Assembly: GCA_965250285.1 (NCBI GenBank)
Contig: OZ252299.1
Coordinates: forward strand, 576,001-640,000
Direction: 5' to 3'
Origin: Myxococcota bacterium
Lineage (GTDB): Bacteria; Myxococcota_A; UBA9160; UBA4427
DNA: 64,000 nt
The notes under the pieces were generated by a model. It did not search any database and was not told the DNA's origin. It saw only the letters and a program-made list of their open reading frames with translations. This document shows, one piece after another, positions 48,339-57,945 of this stretch. The position numbers and the translations under genes are program-made. The first letter of the stretch is position 1. The number at the start of each line of letters is the position of its first letter.

Positions 48339-49723
48339 CGCCTCCGCCTCCCGTGTCCGCCACGATGGACGCAGCGGGATCGATCCCCACTGGTGCGGAA
48401 TCGACCCCGCCGCGCGATTCGCAGGCGAACATCGACATCCTCGCGCATACGCGAGGCACGACCTGGCACTACTGGGTCGCGCTCGCCATCGTGCTATTGG
48501 GCGTGGCCCAGGCCGCGGTGCTGCTCATCTATCAGATGTACGCGGGCCTCGGGGTCGCCGGCTACCAGGCGCCGATCTTCTGGGGCGTGTACATCATCAC
48601 GTTCGTGTTCTGGATCGGCATCGGCCACGCCGGTACGTTGATCTCGGCCATTCTGTTCTTGTTCAGGGCGAAATGGCGAAATGCGATCAACCGCGGCGCC
48701 GAGACGATGACCGTCTTCGCCGTGCTGACGGCCGCGATCTTCCCGGCGATTCACATCGGTCGTATGTGGAAGTTCTACTTCCTTCTTCCGTACCCGAATC
48801 AGCGCCAGCTCTGGGTGAACTTCAAGAGCCCGCTCCTCTGGGACGTGTTCGCGGTCAACACCTACCTGCTCGTCTCGCTCATCTTCTTCTTCATCGGCCT
48901 GATCCCCGACATCGCGATCGCGCGTGATCGCTCGACGGGTCTCAAGAAGGTGCTCTACTCGATCCTGTCGCTCGGTTGGCAGGGCACGGGCAAGCAGTGG
49001 AAGGCGCACAGCCGCGCCGTTCTGCACCTCTCGGGCATCGCGACCCCGCTGGTGCTCTCGGTGCACTCGGTCGTTTCGTGGGACTTCGCGATGTCGATCG
49101 TGCCGGGCTGGCACGCGACGATCTTCGCCCCCTACTTCGTGGCCGGCGCCATCTTCGGCGGCTTCGCCATGGTGATCGTGGTGATGATTCCGGTGCGCCG
49201 CATCTTCGGCCTGCAGGAGTACATCACCGAGTACCACTTCGAGAACATGTCGAGGTTCATCCTGCTGACCTCGATCATCTGCGGCTACGCGTACGGCGCC
49301 GAGTACTTCATCGCCTGGTACAGCGGCGTCGAGTTCGAGCAGACGTCGTTCTGGCTGCGGCTGTTCGGTCCGTACTGGTTCTCGACCTGGTGCATGATCG
49401 TCTTCAACGTCTTCTTCCCACAGCTGCTGTGGTTCAAGAAGCTGCGAACGAACCTGCCTTTCCTCTTCGTGCTGTGCTGGTTCATCAACATCGGCATGTG
49501 GTTCGAGCGCTACGTCATCATCATCACGTCGCTCTCGCGTGAGTACATCCCCGGTGCCTGGGGTCTGTACATCCCGAGCCCGCTCGAGCTCGCCGTGCTG
49601 GCTGGCAGCTTCTGCTGGTTCTCGATGTTCTTCCTGATCTTCCTGAAGCTCTTCCCGATCATCGCGATCTCTGAGGTGAAGGAACTGACGATCCACGCCA
49701 AGGATCACGGGGGGGCGCACTGA
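48335..49723 (+). CDS. actC: Alternative complex III NrfD-like quinol-binding subunit
   Basis: FVFWIGIGHAGTLISA, NFKSPLLWDVFAV, SVHSVVSWDFA, WHATIFAPYFVAGAI, MWFER. Confidence 0.95.
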   Translation: MTPPPPVSATMDAAGSIPTGAESTPPRDSQANIDILAHTRGTTWHYWVALAIVLLGVAQAAVLLIYQMYAGLGVAGYQAPIFWGVYIITFVFWIGIGHAGTLISAILFLFRAKWRNAINRGAETMTVFAVLTAAIFPAIHIGRMWKFYFLLPYPNQRQLWVNFKSPLLWDVFAVNTYLLVSLIFFFIGLIPDIAIARDRSTGLKKVLYSILSLGWQGTGKQWKAHSRAVLHLSGIATPLVLSVHSVVSWDFAMSIVPGWHATIFAPYFVAGAIFGGFAMVIVVMIPVRRIFGLQEYITEYHFENMSRFILLTSIICGYAYGAEYFIAWYSGVEFEQTSFWLRLFGPYWFSTWCMIVFNVFFPQLLWFKKLRTNLPFLFVLCWFINIGMWFERYVIIITSLSREYIPGAWGLYIPSPLELAVLAGSFCWFSMFFLIFLKLFPIIAISEVKELTIHAKDHGGAH

Positions 49724-50226
49724 TGGCGACCGTCGTGAGCGTGTTCGAGCTGCCGAGCAACACCGCTTCGGCAATCCGCAAGCTGAAGGCCCGTGGCTTC
49801 GACGAGCTGACGAGCTACGCGCCGGCTCCGTTCGAGGAGATCGAGCTCGCGGAGAACCCCAAGCCCTCGGGTGTGCGCACCTGGACGCTGATTGGTGGCC
49901 TGACCGGCGTAAGCCTCGGCTTCCTGATGCAGATCTGGATGTCACTCGAGTGGCCGCTGAAGATCGCGGGCAAGGCGTACGCGTCGATCCCGCCCTACGT
50001 GATCATCGGCTTCGAGCTGACGATCCTCTTCAGCGGCATCCTGACCCTGGTGGGCTTCCTGGTGCACTCGGGTCTCTATCCGCGCGCCGTGGACAAGCAC
50101 TACAGCGCCCGCTTCTCGGCCGAAGACTTCGGCGTCGTCGTCGAGGTCGAAGACCGCGACGTGGCCGAGGTCGAGGCGCTGATGCGCAGCGAGCAAGCGA
50201 AGGAGGTGTCCGTTGTCGCGCACTGA
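49723..50226 (+). CDS. actD: Alternative complex III subunit D (DUF3341)
   Basis: YAPAP, two TMs, WPLKIAGK, FELTILF, RFS.EDF. Confidence 0.9.
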   Translation: MATVVSVFELPSNTASAIRKLKARGFDELTSYAPAPFEEIELAENPKPSGVRTWTLIGGLTGVSLGFLMQIWMSLEWPLKIAGKAYASIPPYVIIGFELTILFSGILTLVGFLVHSGLYPRAVDKHYSARFSAEDFGVVVEVEDRDVAEVEALMRSEQAKEVSVVAH

Positions 50227-50791
50227 TCGCACCCTTCGGCAGGCCCTCGCCTTCGCCGTGCTTCTGAGCGTCAGCCTCTCGGTGGGCTGCTGGGAGCAGG
50301 TGAGCGCCGAGTGGTTCCCGCAGATGAAGCGCCAGCTCGCCGTGCAGGCCTTCGAGTACGACCCCTACGTGCCTGATGGTGAGCAGCTCACACCGCCCGC
50401 CGGCACCGTCGCGGTCGGCAACCCGTACCCCGACCTGGCGGTCCTCACGACGGCCGAGCAGGACGCCATCCCGAACCCGGTCTCGCCCTCGCTCGCCAGC
50501 CTGAAGCGCGGCGAAGAGGTCTACAACCAGACCTGCGCCACGTGCCACGGCATGACCGGCGGTGGCGACGGCCCGGTGGCGGGTCCGCCCTTCGGTCAGG
50601 GCCCCTTCGGACTCGTACTGCCCATCGGCGGTCAGATGAGCGTCGCGAAGGCGCTCACCGACGGTCACATCTACGCCACGATGACCCTCGGCCGAGGTCG
50701 CATGCCTTCGTACCGGAGGCTGACGCCCGAGGATCGCTGGAACGTGGTCAACTACGTCCGTGACCTGAACGGTCAGGGAGGTCGACAGTGA
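50213..50791 (+). CDS. actE: Alternative complex III monoheme cytochrome c lipoprotein
   Basis: LSVGC lipobox, PPAGTV, CATCH, DGHIY...G.G.MPSY, DRW.VV.YVR. Confidence 0.9.
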   Translation: MSRTDRTLRQALAFAVLLSVSLSVGCWEQVSAEWFPQMKRQLAVQAFEYDPYVPDGEQLTPPAGTVAVGNPYPDLAVLTTAEQDAIPNPVSPSLASLKRGEEVYNQTCATCHGMTGGGDGPVAGPPFGQGPFGLVLPIGGQMSVAKALTDGHIYATMTLGRGRMPSYRRLTPEDRWNVVNYVRDLNGQGGRQ

Positions 50792-52110
50792 GTGCTCCCG
50801 CCCTAGCTCCGGAGAAGGCGCTGCCGCGCGAGCTGCCCATGAACGCCATGTACGTGGCGCTGGGCCTCGTCGGCGTCGGCCTCGCTTCGTTCGTCTTCGG
50901 CCTCATCAATCAGCCCGAGCGCGCCTGGCTCGCCTTCCACGCCAACGTCATCTACTTCACGATGCTCGCGTGCGGTGGGCTGGCGTTGTCGTGCATCTAC
51001 ACCGTCGTGGGCGCGAAGTGGTGTGGCCCCTACAAGCGCATCGCCGAGTCGATCGGCGCCTTCGTGCCGATCGCGTTCCTGCTCTCGATCGTCGACTTCT
51101 TCGGTCGCGAGTACGTCTTCGAGTGGGTCAAGCACTCGGCCGCCGGCAAGGAGGTGTGGCTCAACACGTTCCGCGTGTACGCCATGGATTTTGCGCTGCT
51201 CGGCTCGCTCGCCGTCCTCTCGGTGATCTACATCCGACAGTCGGTGCGCCCCACGCTCAAGAACCTGGCCGAGACCGGCACGGGCTTCGCCAAGAAGCAG
51301 GCAGAAGCCTGGACCGCGAACTGGCAGGGCGCGGACGCCGAGCGCGCAGCGGCGCCGAACGGCACTCATCCGGGCATCGCCATCGCGATTCTCCTGATCT
51401 TCGGCATCGGCATGAGCTTCTGGAACTTCGACCAGGTCATGTCGATGGATCAGCTCTGGTTCTCGAACCTCTTCGGAGCGTACGTGAACTGGGGCGGCAT
51501 TCTCTCGGCCGTGGCCGCGAGCGCGCTGATCGGCATCCTCAGCCGCAAGACGCCCGTGCTCGGCAGCGAGATCACCGAAGAGCGGCGCCATGACATCGGC
51601 AAGATGATGTTCGCGTTCTCGATCTTCTGGATGTACCTCTTCTTCTCGCAGTACCTCGTGATCTACTACGGCAACCTGCCCGAAGAGACCGAGTTTCTGC
51701 GCGATCGCCTGGGCAACCAGTTCTTGATCGAGAAGGGCTTCAGCCAGTACGCGTTCGCCCAGCAGTGGGCCGACTGGGACTTCCGGTGGTCGCGCCTCGC
51801 CAGCGGCTACGGCTGGGTCTCGATGGTGATCTGGGCCCTGTGCTGGATCATCCCGTTCTGGGTGCTGCTCGGTCAGGCCCCGAAGAAGTCGCCGCTCATC
51901 GCCGGTACCGTCGCGAGCGGCCTGCTCATCGGCTTCTGGCTCGAGCGCAACGTGCTGACGTGGCCCTCGGTCGTGAAGGGCGACATGACGGCCTTCCTCC
52001 AGCCGATCCCGATCGGCATTGCGCTGGGCTTCGTCGGTGCGTTCCTCGCCGTCCACCTGCTCTACACGCGGGTCTTCCCGACGATCGCGGTGAGCGACAA
52101 GGGCGAGTAA
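50788..52110 (+). CDS. actF: Alternative complex III subunit F
   Basis: K..WLN, D.VMS....WFS.LFG, HDIGKMMFAFSIFWMYL.FSQYLVIYYGNLPEE. Confidence 0.9.
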   Translation: MSAPALAPEKALPRELPMNAMYVALGLVGVGLASFVFGLINQPERAWLAFHANVIYFTMLACGGLALSCIYTVVGAKWCGPYKRIAESIGAFVPIAFLLSIVDFFGREYVFEWVKHSAAGKEVWLNTFRVYAMDFALLGSLAVLSVIYIRQSVRPTLKNLAETGTGFAKKQAEAWTANWQGADAERAAAPNGTHPGIAIAILLIFGIGMSFWNFDQVMSMDQLWFSNLFGAYVNWGGILSAVAASALIGILSRKTPVLGSEITEERRHDIGKMMFAFSIFWMYLFFSQYLVIYYGNLPEETEFLRDRLGNQFLIEKGFSQYAFAQQWADWDFRWSRLASGYGWVSMVIWALCWIIPFWVLLGQAPKKSPLIAGTVASGLLIGFWLERNVLTWPSVVKGDMTAFLQPIPIGIALGFVGAFLAVHLLYTRVFPTIAVSDKGE

Positions 52111-52151
52111 GGCGAATCGGGCCCGGGCTCTCGGGCCACGCAGGAAACCAG

Positions 52152-52189
52152 CGGCGCGATCGGCTCAGGCCGGTCGCGCCGTTCTCGTT
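52152..52189 (+). terminator. Terminator-like hairpin after actF
   Basis: CGGCGCGATCGGC-TCAG-GCCGGTCGCGCCG then TTCTCGTT; lies between convergent genes. Confidence 0.6.
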
Positions 52190-52225
52190 CCGGGGGGCGT
52201 GGGCGCGCGCGCGGCGGACCGCGCC

Positions 52226-53806
52226 CTACTCGTCGAGATCGAGCCGCGAGTAGGGCGTGATGCTTCGAGACTCACCCGCCGCGATCGCATCGAGCAGGGC
52301 CTGGGACTTCGCGCTGATCCCGTTGCGGTGGGTCGCCACGAAGGCCGGTCGCGCGACGCGCACCGCGTCGTCGCGGCGCCCGAGTAGGATGTAGAGATCG
52401 GCGAGCGCGAGCCGGATCGAACGATCGCCGGGCACGAGGCGGTGCGCCCCTTCGAGCGTGTCGAGCCCCTTCTCGTGGGGCTCTCCCGGCAAGAGGAATG
52501 TCATGCCATACGAGGCGTAGGTCTCGGGCGTGGGGCCGCCGATCTTGCTCGCTCGCACGAAGTCGCGCCGGGCGCTCTTGAGCAGTCTTCGCCGCGCTTC
52601 GGGGTCGGCCGTGCGGGTCGCGCGGATCGTCGAGGCCTGGCCGCGATCGACGAAGCTGAGTGCGTCCTTTGGGTCGAGCTCTACGGCGCGGTCGAAGAGG
52701 GAGTGCGCGAGCTCGTCGTTTCCCTCGGTGCGCTCGACGGCGGCCAAGCCCGCCACCGCCCGTGCGCTTTCAGGCGCCACGGCGACCGCGTGCTCGAAGA
52801 GCCCGCGTGCGCAGGTCAGGTCATCGAGCATGAAGCAGAGGCTGCCAAGCCGCTCGGCGACTTCGTTCTCAGGGAGCTGACGCACCGACATCTCTTCGGA
52901 GAACTCGAGCGCGCTCAGCTGCACGCCGAACAGCTCGAGCTTTGCGCGGCGCCAGTACGCACGCACGGCTCGCTCGGCCTCCCGCAGCGTCGTCCCGAAG
53001 TACGTCTCGAACGCTTCTTCGACGGGAACGCCGTTCTGGGTCGCCTCGATGTACGGACCGAGGCCCTTCTGCATGATCTCGCGTCGCGCGCTGTCGGTGT
53101 ACCAGTAGTTCACGAAGACCCAGGCCTGGGCGTAGAACATGCCCTGCTTCTCGGGTCTCCAGGCGGGGTAGTCGACCGGTTCGAGAAACTCGGCCATTGG
53201 GATCCAGGCCGAGTACTTCAAGTTCGAAAGCCGGTGATCAGCCAGGTTTCCCAAAACGACGGCTCTTCTCTTCTCCTGCGCCAGGGCCATGAACTCGGCG
53301 AAGCCTTCGTCGAACCACATCGGATACACCAGCCCCGACCCGTTTCGGAGCAGCCAGTGCGTGTACTCGTGCTTGAGGATGTTCGACGCGCCCATCGACC
53401 GGTCGTCCGATGTGGTCAGCACGTTCGCACGCAGTCGAGGGATCATGTACCCGACGGTCCGGTCCGAGACGTTGAACGGCCCAAAGCTGGTATTGGCGTT
53501 GAACGCATAGATCCAGGTCGGGTGGCGCGAAGTAAGGTCGTTGCCCTCGATCATCAGGAGCACGGCCGCTCGAAAGACCTCGAGATCGCGCGCTTGGCGA
53601 CGCGCCCTGGCCTCGCTCTGATCGGTCCAGATCGTGAAGTGCTCGCTGCGCACCTCGATCCAGCGACGCTTCGCGGCGACGTTGACGGCCGCGGGGGCGC
53701 AGCCGCTCGCGACGAGGGCGATCCCCATGAGCAGGGCGAGGTGGAGGGCGAGCGCGAATCGAGACGAGGTGAGCCGGTGCCGAACCAGCGAGCGCGAACG
53801 GTTCAT
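52226..53806 (-). CDS. Exported gluzincin-like (DUF1570-like) protein with TPR repeats
   Basis: ASGC lipobox-like; WIEVRSEHF, HEYTH...P.WFDEGFAEF, FYAQAW; C-terminal TPRs. Confidence 0.78.
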   Translation of the reverse strand: MNRSRSLVRHRLTSSRFALALHLALLMGIALVASGCAPAAVNVAAKRRWIEVRSEHFTIWTDQSEARARRQARDLEVFRAAVLLMIEGNDLTSRHPTWIYAFNANTSFGPFNVSDRTVGYMIPRLRANVLTTSDDRSMGASNILKHEYTHWLLRNGSGLVYPMWFDEGFAEFMALAQEKRRAVVLGNLADHRLSNLKYSAWIPMAEFLEPVDYPAWRPEKQGMFYAQAWVFVNYWYTDSARREIMQKGLGPYIEATQNGVPVEEAFETYFGTTLREAERAVRAYWRRAKLELFGVQLSALEFSEEMSVRQLPENEVAERLGSLCFMLDDLTCARGLFEHAVAVAPESARAVAGLAAVERTEGNDELAHSLFDRAVELDPKDALSFVDRGQASTIRATRTADPEARRRLLKSARRDFVRASKIGGPTPETYASYGMTFLLPGEPHEKGLDTLEGAHRLVPGDRSIRLALADLYILLGRRDDAVRVARPAFVATHRNGISAKSQALLDAIAAGESRSITPYSRLDLDE

Positions 53807-53872
53807 GCCCCGAATCTAACAGGACGCGGGGCGGCGCGGTCGACCACCATCGCGCCCGTCATATGTCGCCCG

Positions 53873-54841
53873 CTACAGCTCGTACTCCTCGCCATCCTCG
53901 GGCACGATGATCTCGCCGTCGTACTCGTTGGCGACGATCGAGCGCACCTGCAGATCGAAGAAGGGCGGCGGGCGCAATCGGATCAGCATGAGCCGAGGTA
54001 CGCCGGCCTTCGTCGCGTACTGTCCCACCTCGAGCAGCGGCGTCGAGACCGCGGCCTCGCGCTCGAGGCGCTCCGCGTCGGCGACGACGCCGGCGGGCTC
54101 GAGATCTTCGGTCGGGGGGATGTAGGCGCCGTCGTGCACGAGCAGGTCGGCGCCGCGGGCGAAGTCGATCAGGGTATCGGCGCCCCATCCGGTGCCCGAT
54201 ACCACGACCGTTCGGCCGCTGGCCTCGAAGCGCCACGCGAGCGCGGGGATCGGGCCGCCGGGCAGGGCGACGGCCGTGAGTAGAACACCGTTCTGGTTTA
54301 GCTCGAAGCCGTCTCCGACCTCGATGGCCTCGACCCGCGCGCCCTCCGCCGGCAAGCCCAGCGCATCGCCGAGCGCCCCCATCCCGGGCGCCAGGCTGGC
54401 CGTGAGCGCCTCGATGGCGGCCTGCGTGCCCGGCGGTCCATAGACGCGAATCGGGCCGTCTCGGCCGACGAGGAGCCCCGTGTAGATCAGATCCCCGATG
54501 CCCAGCAGGTTGTCGGGCATCAGGGTCGTCAACACGATCGTGCGGGGCTGATCGACCGGAATGCGCGACTTGCGCAGGGCCGGCGCCAGACCCCGCCCGG
54601 CGTCGACCAGCCAGATCGACTCGCCGAGGCCGATGGCCGTCGAGGGGCCAAGGCGTTCGGGGTTCTCGTACTTCCCGCCGGTGCCGACGCTCACGACGGT
54701 GAGCCGCTCGAAGTCGCGGGGCTCGACCAGGCCGACGATCTCGCCGATCTCGGCGGCGCGCCACATGACGAACGCCGCCATCCAGCCGCCGAAGAGCACG
54801 ACGGCGATCACGACGAGAGCGATGACGCGAACGGGAAACAT
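53873..54841 (-). CDS. Membrane-anchored RNase Z/AtsA-like MBL-fold protein lacking metal ligands
   Basis: GTGG..R..PS, LVDAGRG, VYGPPGT, ARGADLLVH; HxHxDH replaced by TLMPDN. Confidence 0.72.
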   Translation of the reverse strand: MFPVRVIALVVIAVVLFGGWMAAFVMWRAAEIGEIVGLVEPRDFERLTVVSVGTGGKYENPERLGPSTAIGLGESIWLVDAGRGLAPALRKSRIPVDQPRTIVLTTLMPDNLLGIGDLIYTGLLVGRDGPIRVYGPPGTQAAIEALTASLAPGMGALGDALGLPAEGARVEAIEVGDGFELNQNGVLLTAVALPGGPIPALAWRFEASGRTVVVSGTGWGADTLIDFARGADLLVHDGAYIPPTEDLEPAGVVADAERLEREAAVSTPLLEVGQYATKAGVPRLMLIRLRPPPFFDLQVRSIVANEYDGEIIVPEDGEEYEL

Positions 54842-54929
54842 CGAGGTGGGCCTCCTGGTCGGCGGCGACGGGCTCGGGCATGCGTCGCCGTCGGTGGCTG
54901 CTGGGATCAACCGGGACGAGCCTCGCGGC

Positions 54930-55823
54930 TCAGTCGAACACCACGGTCTTGTTGTCGTACTCGAGCACCCGACGCTCGAGGTGGGCCCGCACGGCCCGCG
55001 CGAGCACGTTGCGCTCGACGTCTCGGCCCTTGCGCACCAGATCAGACACCGAGTCGCGATGTGACACGCGGATCACGTCCTGATCGATGATCGGTCCTTC
55101 GTCGAGATCGGTCGTGGCGTAGTGCGCGGTGGCGCCGATCAGCTTGACGCCTCGCTCATGGGCCTGGTGATAGGGGCGCCCGCCCTGGAACGCGGGCAGG
55201 AACGAGTGATGGATGTTGATGATGCGGGACGGATGTGCGGCGATGAAATCGGCCGACAGGATTTGCATGTACCGCGCCATCACGATGAGATCGATGCCGT
55301 GCTCTTCGATGAGCGCGAGCTGACTCGCTTCGGCCTCGGGCTTCGTCGCCTTGGTCACGGGCGTCACCACGTAGGGGATCCCGAACTGCTCGGCGACGGC
55401 GCGAAGCGTCTCGTGGTTGCTGACGATCAGCGGGATGTCGCAGACGAGCTCGCCCGCGCGGTGGCGCAGCAGCAGGTCGTAGAGACAGTGATCGGTCTTC
55501 GAGACGAAGATCGCGACGCGGCTGCGGTGCGCCTCGTCGTGGAGCGACCAGCTCATGCCGTGCCCCTCGGCGATGGGCTCGAGCGCTCGGCCGATCGCTT
55601 CGAGCGGGTCGGGGCTCGCTTCGCTGGCCCAGTCGAAGCGGATCCGCTGGAAGAACTTGCCCGCGACGACGTCGGTGTGCTGATCGGCATCGAGCAGGTT
55701 GACGCCGTGGTCGAAGAGCGTCTGGGCCAGCACGGCGACCAGGCCCGGGCGGTCGTCGCAGCACACGAGCAGCGTGGCCGTGCGGCGATCGGTCGGCGTG
55801 GCATTCGACGAGGCGGCGGTCAA
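54930..55823 (-). CDS. purU: Formyltetrahydrofolate deformylase
   Basis: ACT domain; VSK..HCL.DLL, ARYMQILS, INIHHSFLP.F.G..PY.QA..RGVKLIGATAHY, DEGPII, NKTVVF. Confidence 0.97.
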   Translation of the reverse strand: MTAASSNATPTDRRTATLLVCCDDRPGLVAVLAQTLFDHGVNLLDADQHTDVVAGKFFQRIRFDWASEASPDPLEAIGRALEPIAEGHGMSWSLHDEAHRSRVAIFVSKTDHCLYDLLLRHRAGELVCDIPLIVSNHETLRAVAEQFGIPYVVTPVTKATKPEAEASQLALIEEHGIDLIVMARYMQILSADFIAAHPSRIINIHHSFLPAFQGGRPYHQAHERGVKLIGATAHYATTDLDEGPIIDQDVIRVSHRDSVSDLVRKGRDVERNVLARAVRAHLERRVLEYDNKTVVFD

Positions 55824-56156
55824 CGGACTCTCCGGATGAAGGGGGTGGGGCGCGGGCTGCCTCGGTCGGGCGGCCGATTCTCGATCAGCTTCGTCCAGAT
55901 CTCCAGGTGTGCGACAAAACCGTGCCGATTCGTGCGCTTGGAGGTGAAGCTGCAGGTCGTGCTGGATCGCCCCGAAAGCTTCCGGTACTTTGCCGGGGAG
56001 GGAATATCACTCATTCCCGAGTCTCGGGTCCGGCCCCAATGGGGGGTCAGTGCTCGGGGCGGCCTGAAAGGGGCGGACACGGCGCCCACCCTGGACGGGA
56101 ACCTGGCGAGGATGGGGCCTCGCCGATTCTCTTCTATGCCGATATGGGAGGTGAGA

Positions 56157-56201
56157 ATGCATCAACGTAGCACTACGGCGAGTGAGGTGGCGGCGTCCTG
56201 A
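56157..56201 (+). CDS. Putative small peptide MHQRSTTASEVAAS
   Basis: Strong SD GGAGGTGA just upstream of ATG; translation unproven. Confidence 0.3.
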   Translation: MHQRSTTASEVAAS

Positions 56202-56285
56202 ACGCACGGCTTTCATCGCCAAGTCCATACCGAGCTTTCGCTTGGTAACGGTGCTGCGCGGGACGCAGGTTCCCAGCGCCGCCGT

Positions 56286-56346
56286 CCCTGGGGTCGCGGA
56301 TGTCGTAGCCGCTTCGGGGTCTTCGGACCCGGCCCCGGGGATTTTT
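56286..56346 (+). terminator. Intrinsic terminator
   Basis: TCCCTGGGGTC...GGCCCCGGGGA stem enclosing GGGTC-TTCG-GACCC, followed by TTTTT. Confidence 0.7.
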
Positions 56347-56454
56347 GTGCCCGGCGTCCGACGGGCCGCTCTTCGAGCACGCACACTCGGCGGCCATCGC
56401 GCCGACCGTCCGTTCAGCCGGGTCGGCTGAACGCCGCCAGACCCTGCAACCGGC

Positions 56455-56922
56455 TCAGCCCGACCGGCTGAGCATGCCCAACCAGACGAACCCGGCCGAG
56501 ACGACGCCGAGCACGGCGCCGGCGAGGGCGACGCGGCCCGCGATGCGGTGCCGATGGAGATCGCTCGGGCTCGGTGCCGGCGCGTCGGGCGTCGTCGCGA
56601 AGAGGCGCGACTTCTTGATTCGCCCGCCGAGCACCAGCGCGGTGCCGCCGCCGATGAGCATCGCCAGGACGCAGAGCTCGTGGAAGCGCAGCGTCCAGAC
56701 CGCCGCGCTCGACCACGTATCGAGATCCTCGCGGCCGAGCGTCGCGAGCTTGACCACGTACGCGACGAGGAACACCCCGACGAGACTCGCTGCGATCAGC
56801 ATCGAACGCCGATGTCGCGCGCGCTCGCCGCGCCTGATCTGCTGGATGCCCGCCACGGCGAAGCCGGTGAGGGCCGCGAAGTTGAGCACCGCGGCCCCCC
56901 AGAAGATCACCTTCGCATCCAT
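56455..56922 (-). CDS. DUF420 family membrane protein
   Basis: G...IRRG....HRR.M..A......FLV.Y, H, HR..GR; four TMs. Confidence 0.8.
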   Translation of the reverse strand: MDAKVIFWGAAVLNFAALTGFAVAGIQQIRRGERARHRRSMLIAASLVGVFLVAYVVKLATLGREDLDTWSSAAVWTLRFHELCVLAMLIGGGTALVLGGRIKKSRLFATTPDAPAPSPSDLHRHRIAGRVALAGAVLGVVSAGFVWLGMLSRSG

Positions 56923-57143
56923 CGATCGGATTCTCCGTGGCGGCCGGCTGAGAGCAGGGGAGGTCGCCGGTCGTCGCGCCGGCGCCGTGGCGGCCGATTC
57001 TAGGCAGCTCGCGCGACTCCGGCCACGCCTCGACGCAGCGCGCAGCGCGCGATTCGAGCGCCGTATCGAGGGGGCCAGGCACGCGGCCCCGCGCTCGTTC
57101 GCACGGGTCGCGCCGCGGCCGCACGCCGCGATACGCTCGCGCC

Positions 57144-57890
57144 ATGTCATCGGCCGCTGTCGTGATCCCCGCGCGCTGGGCATCGTCGCGCCTGCCCGGC
57201 AAGCCACTCGTCCCGCTGCTCGGTCGACCGATGATCGAGTGGGTGCATGCGGCCGCCGCGCGCTGCGAGCGCGTGACGCGGGTGGTCGTCGCCACCGACG
57301 ACGCGCGCATCGCGGCGGCCTGCGAGGGCTTCGGTGCGCAGGTCGCCTGGACCCGAGCCGATCACCCGAGCGGCAGCGACCGCGTGGCCGAGGTGGCCGA
57401 CTCGCTCACCGAGGACGTCATCGTCAACGTGCAGGGCGACGAGCCGCTGCTCGAGCCCCGGCTGCTCGATGCGCTCCTCGACGCGCTCGCGGGCGATCAA
57501 GAGGCCCGGGTCGCGACGCTGGTGACGCCGGGTGAGCCCGATCGCTTCGAGGATCCGAACTGTGTGAAGGTGCTGCTCGATGCGCGTCGGCGCGCGCTCG
57601 TGTTCACGCGCGCGCCGGTGCCCGCGGTGCGCAAGGGCGAGCCGCCGCCCGAGTTCTGGCACCACGTCGGGCTCTACGCCTACACGCGCGAAGGCCTCTT
57701 CGACTTCGTGCGCCGCCCGACGAGCCCCCTCGAGCGCGCCGAACGCCTCGAGCAGCTGCGCGTGCTCGAAGCGGGTGAGCCGATCGCCGTCGGCTGCGTG
57801 CCCGACTGGCGCGGTACGGCCGTCGACGTGGTGCAGGACGTCGCCCGTGCCGAGGCGGCGCTGCGGCGAGCGGGTCGACTCGAGCCCTGA
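57144..57890 (+). CDS. kdsB: 3-deoxy-manno-octulosonate cytidylyltransferase
   Basis: IPARWASSRLPGKPL, VATDD, H.SGSDR, NVQGDEP, HVGLYAY, LE..E.LEQLR.LE. Confidence 0.95.
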   Translation: MSSAAVVIPARWASSRLPGKPLVPLLGRPMIEWVHAAAARCERVTRVVVATDDARIAAACEGFGAQVAWTRADHPSGSDRVAEVADSLTEDVIVNVQGDEPLLEPRLLDALLDALAGDQEARVATLVTPGEPDRFEDPNCVKVLLDARRRALVFTRAPVPAVRKGEPPPEFWHHVGLYAYTREGLFDFVRRPTSPLERAERLEQLRVLEAGEPIAVGCVPDWRGTAVDVVQDVARAEAALRRAGRLEP

Positions 57891-57945
57891 GCCGGTTCGC
57901 GATCGAGCGACGTCGTGGACCCGCACCGCGCCGGGCCAGCGCGGA

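Larger units (their letters stand above)
55995..56346 (+). ncRNA. Candidate structured RNA (family not recognised) containing a 14-codon ORF
   Basis: Multiple hairpins, long-range pairing GGGAACCTG/CAGGTTCCC, cUUCGg tetraloop, terminal stem + TTTTT. Confidence 0.4.

Noticed and set aside
56157..56201. tmRNA tag reading frame or type I toxin
   Set aside because: No tRNA-like ends, the peptide ends AAS, and it is not hydrophobic
55824..56454. ZTP or THF riboswitch upstream of purU
   Set aside because: A CGCCGGGCA stretch exists on the minus strand but the upstream GACUGGCG element is missing; structure and terminator polarity favour the plus strand
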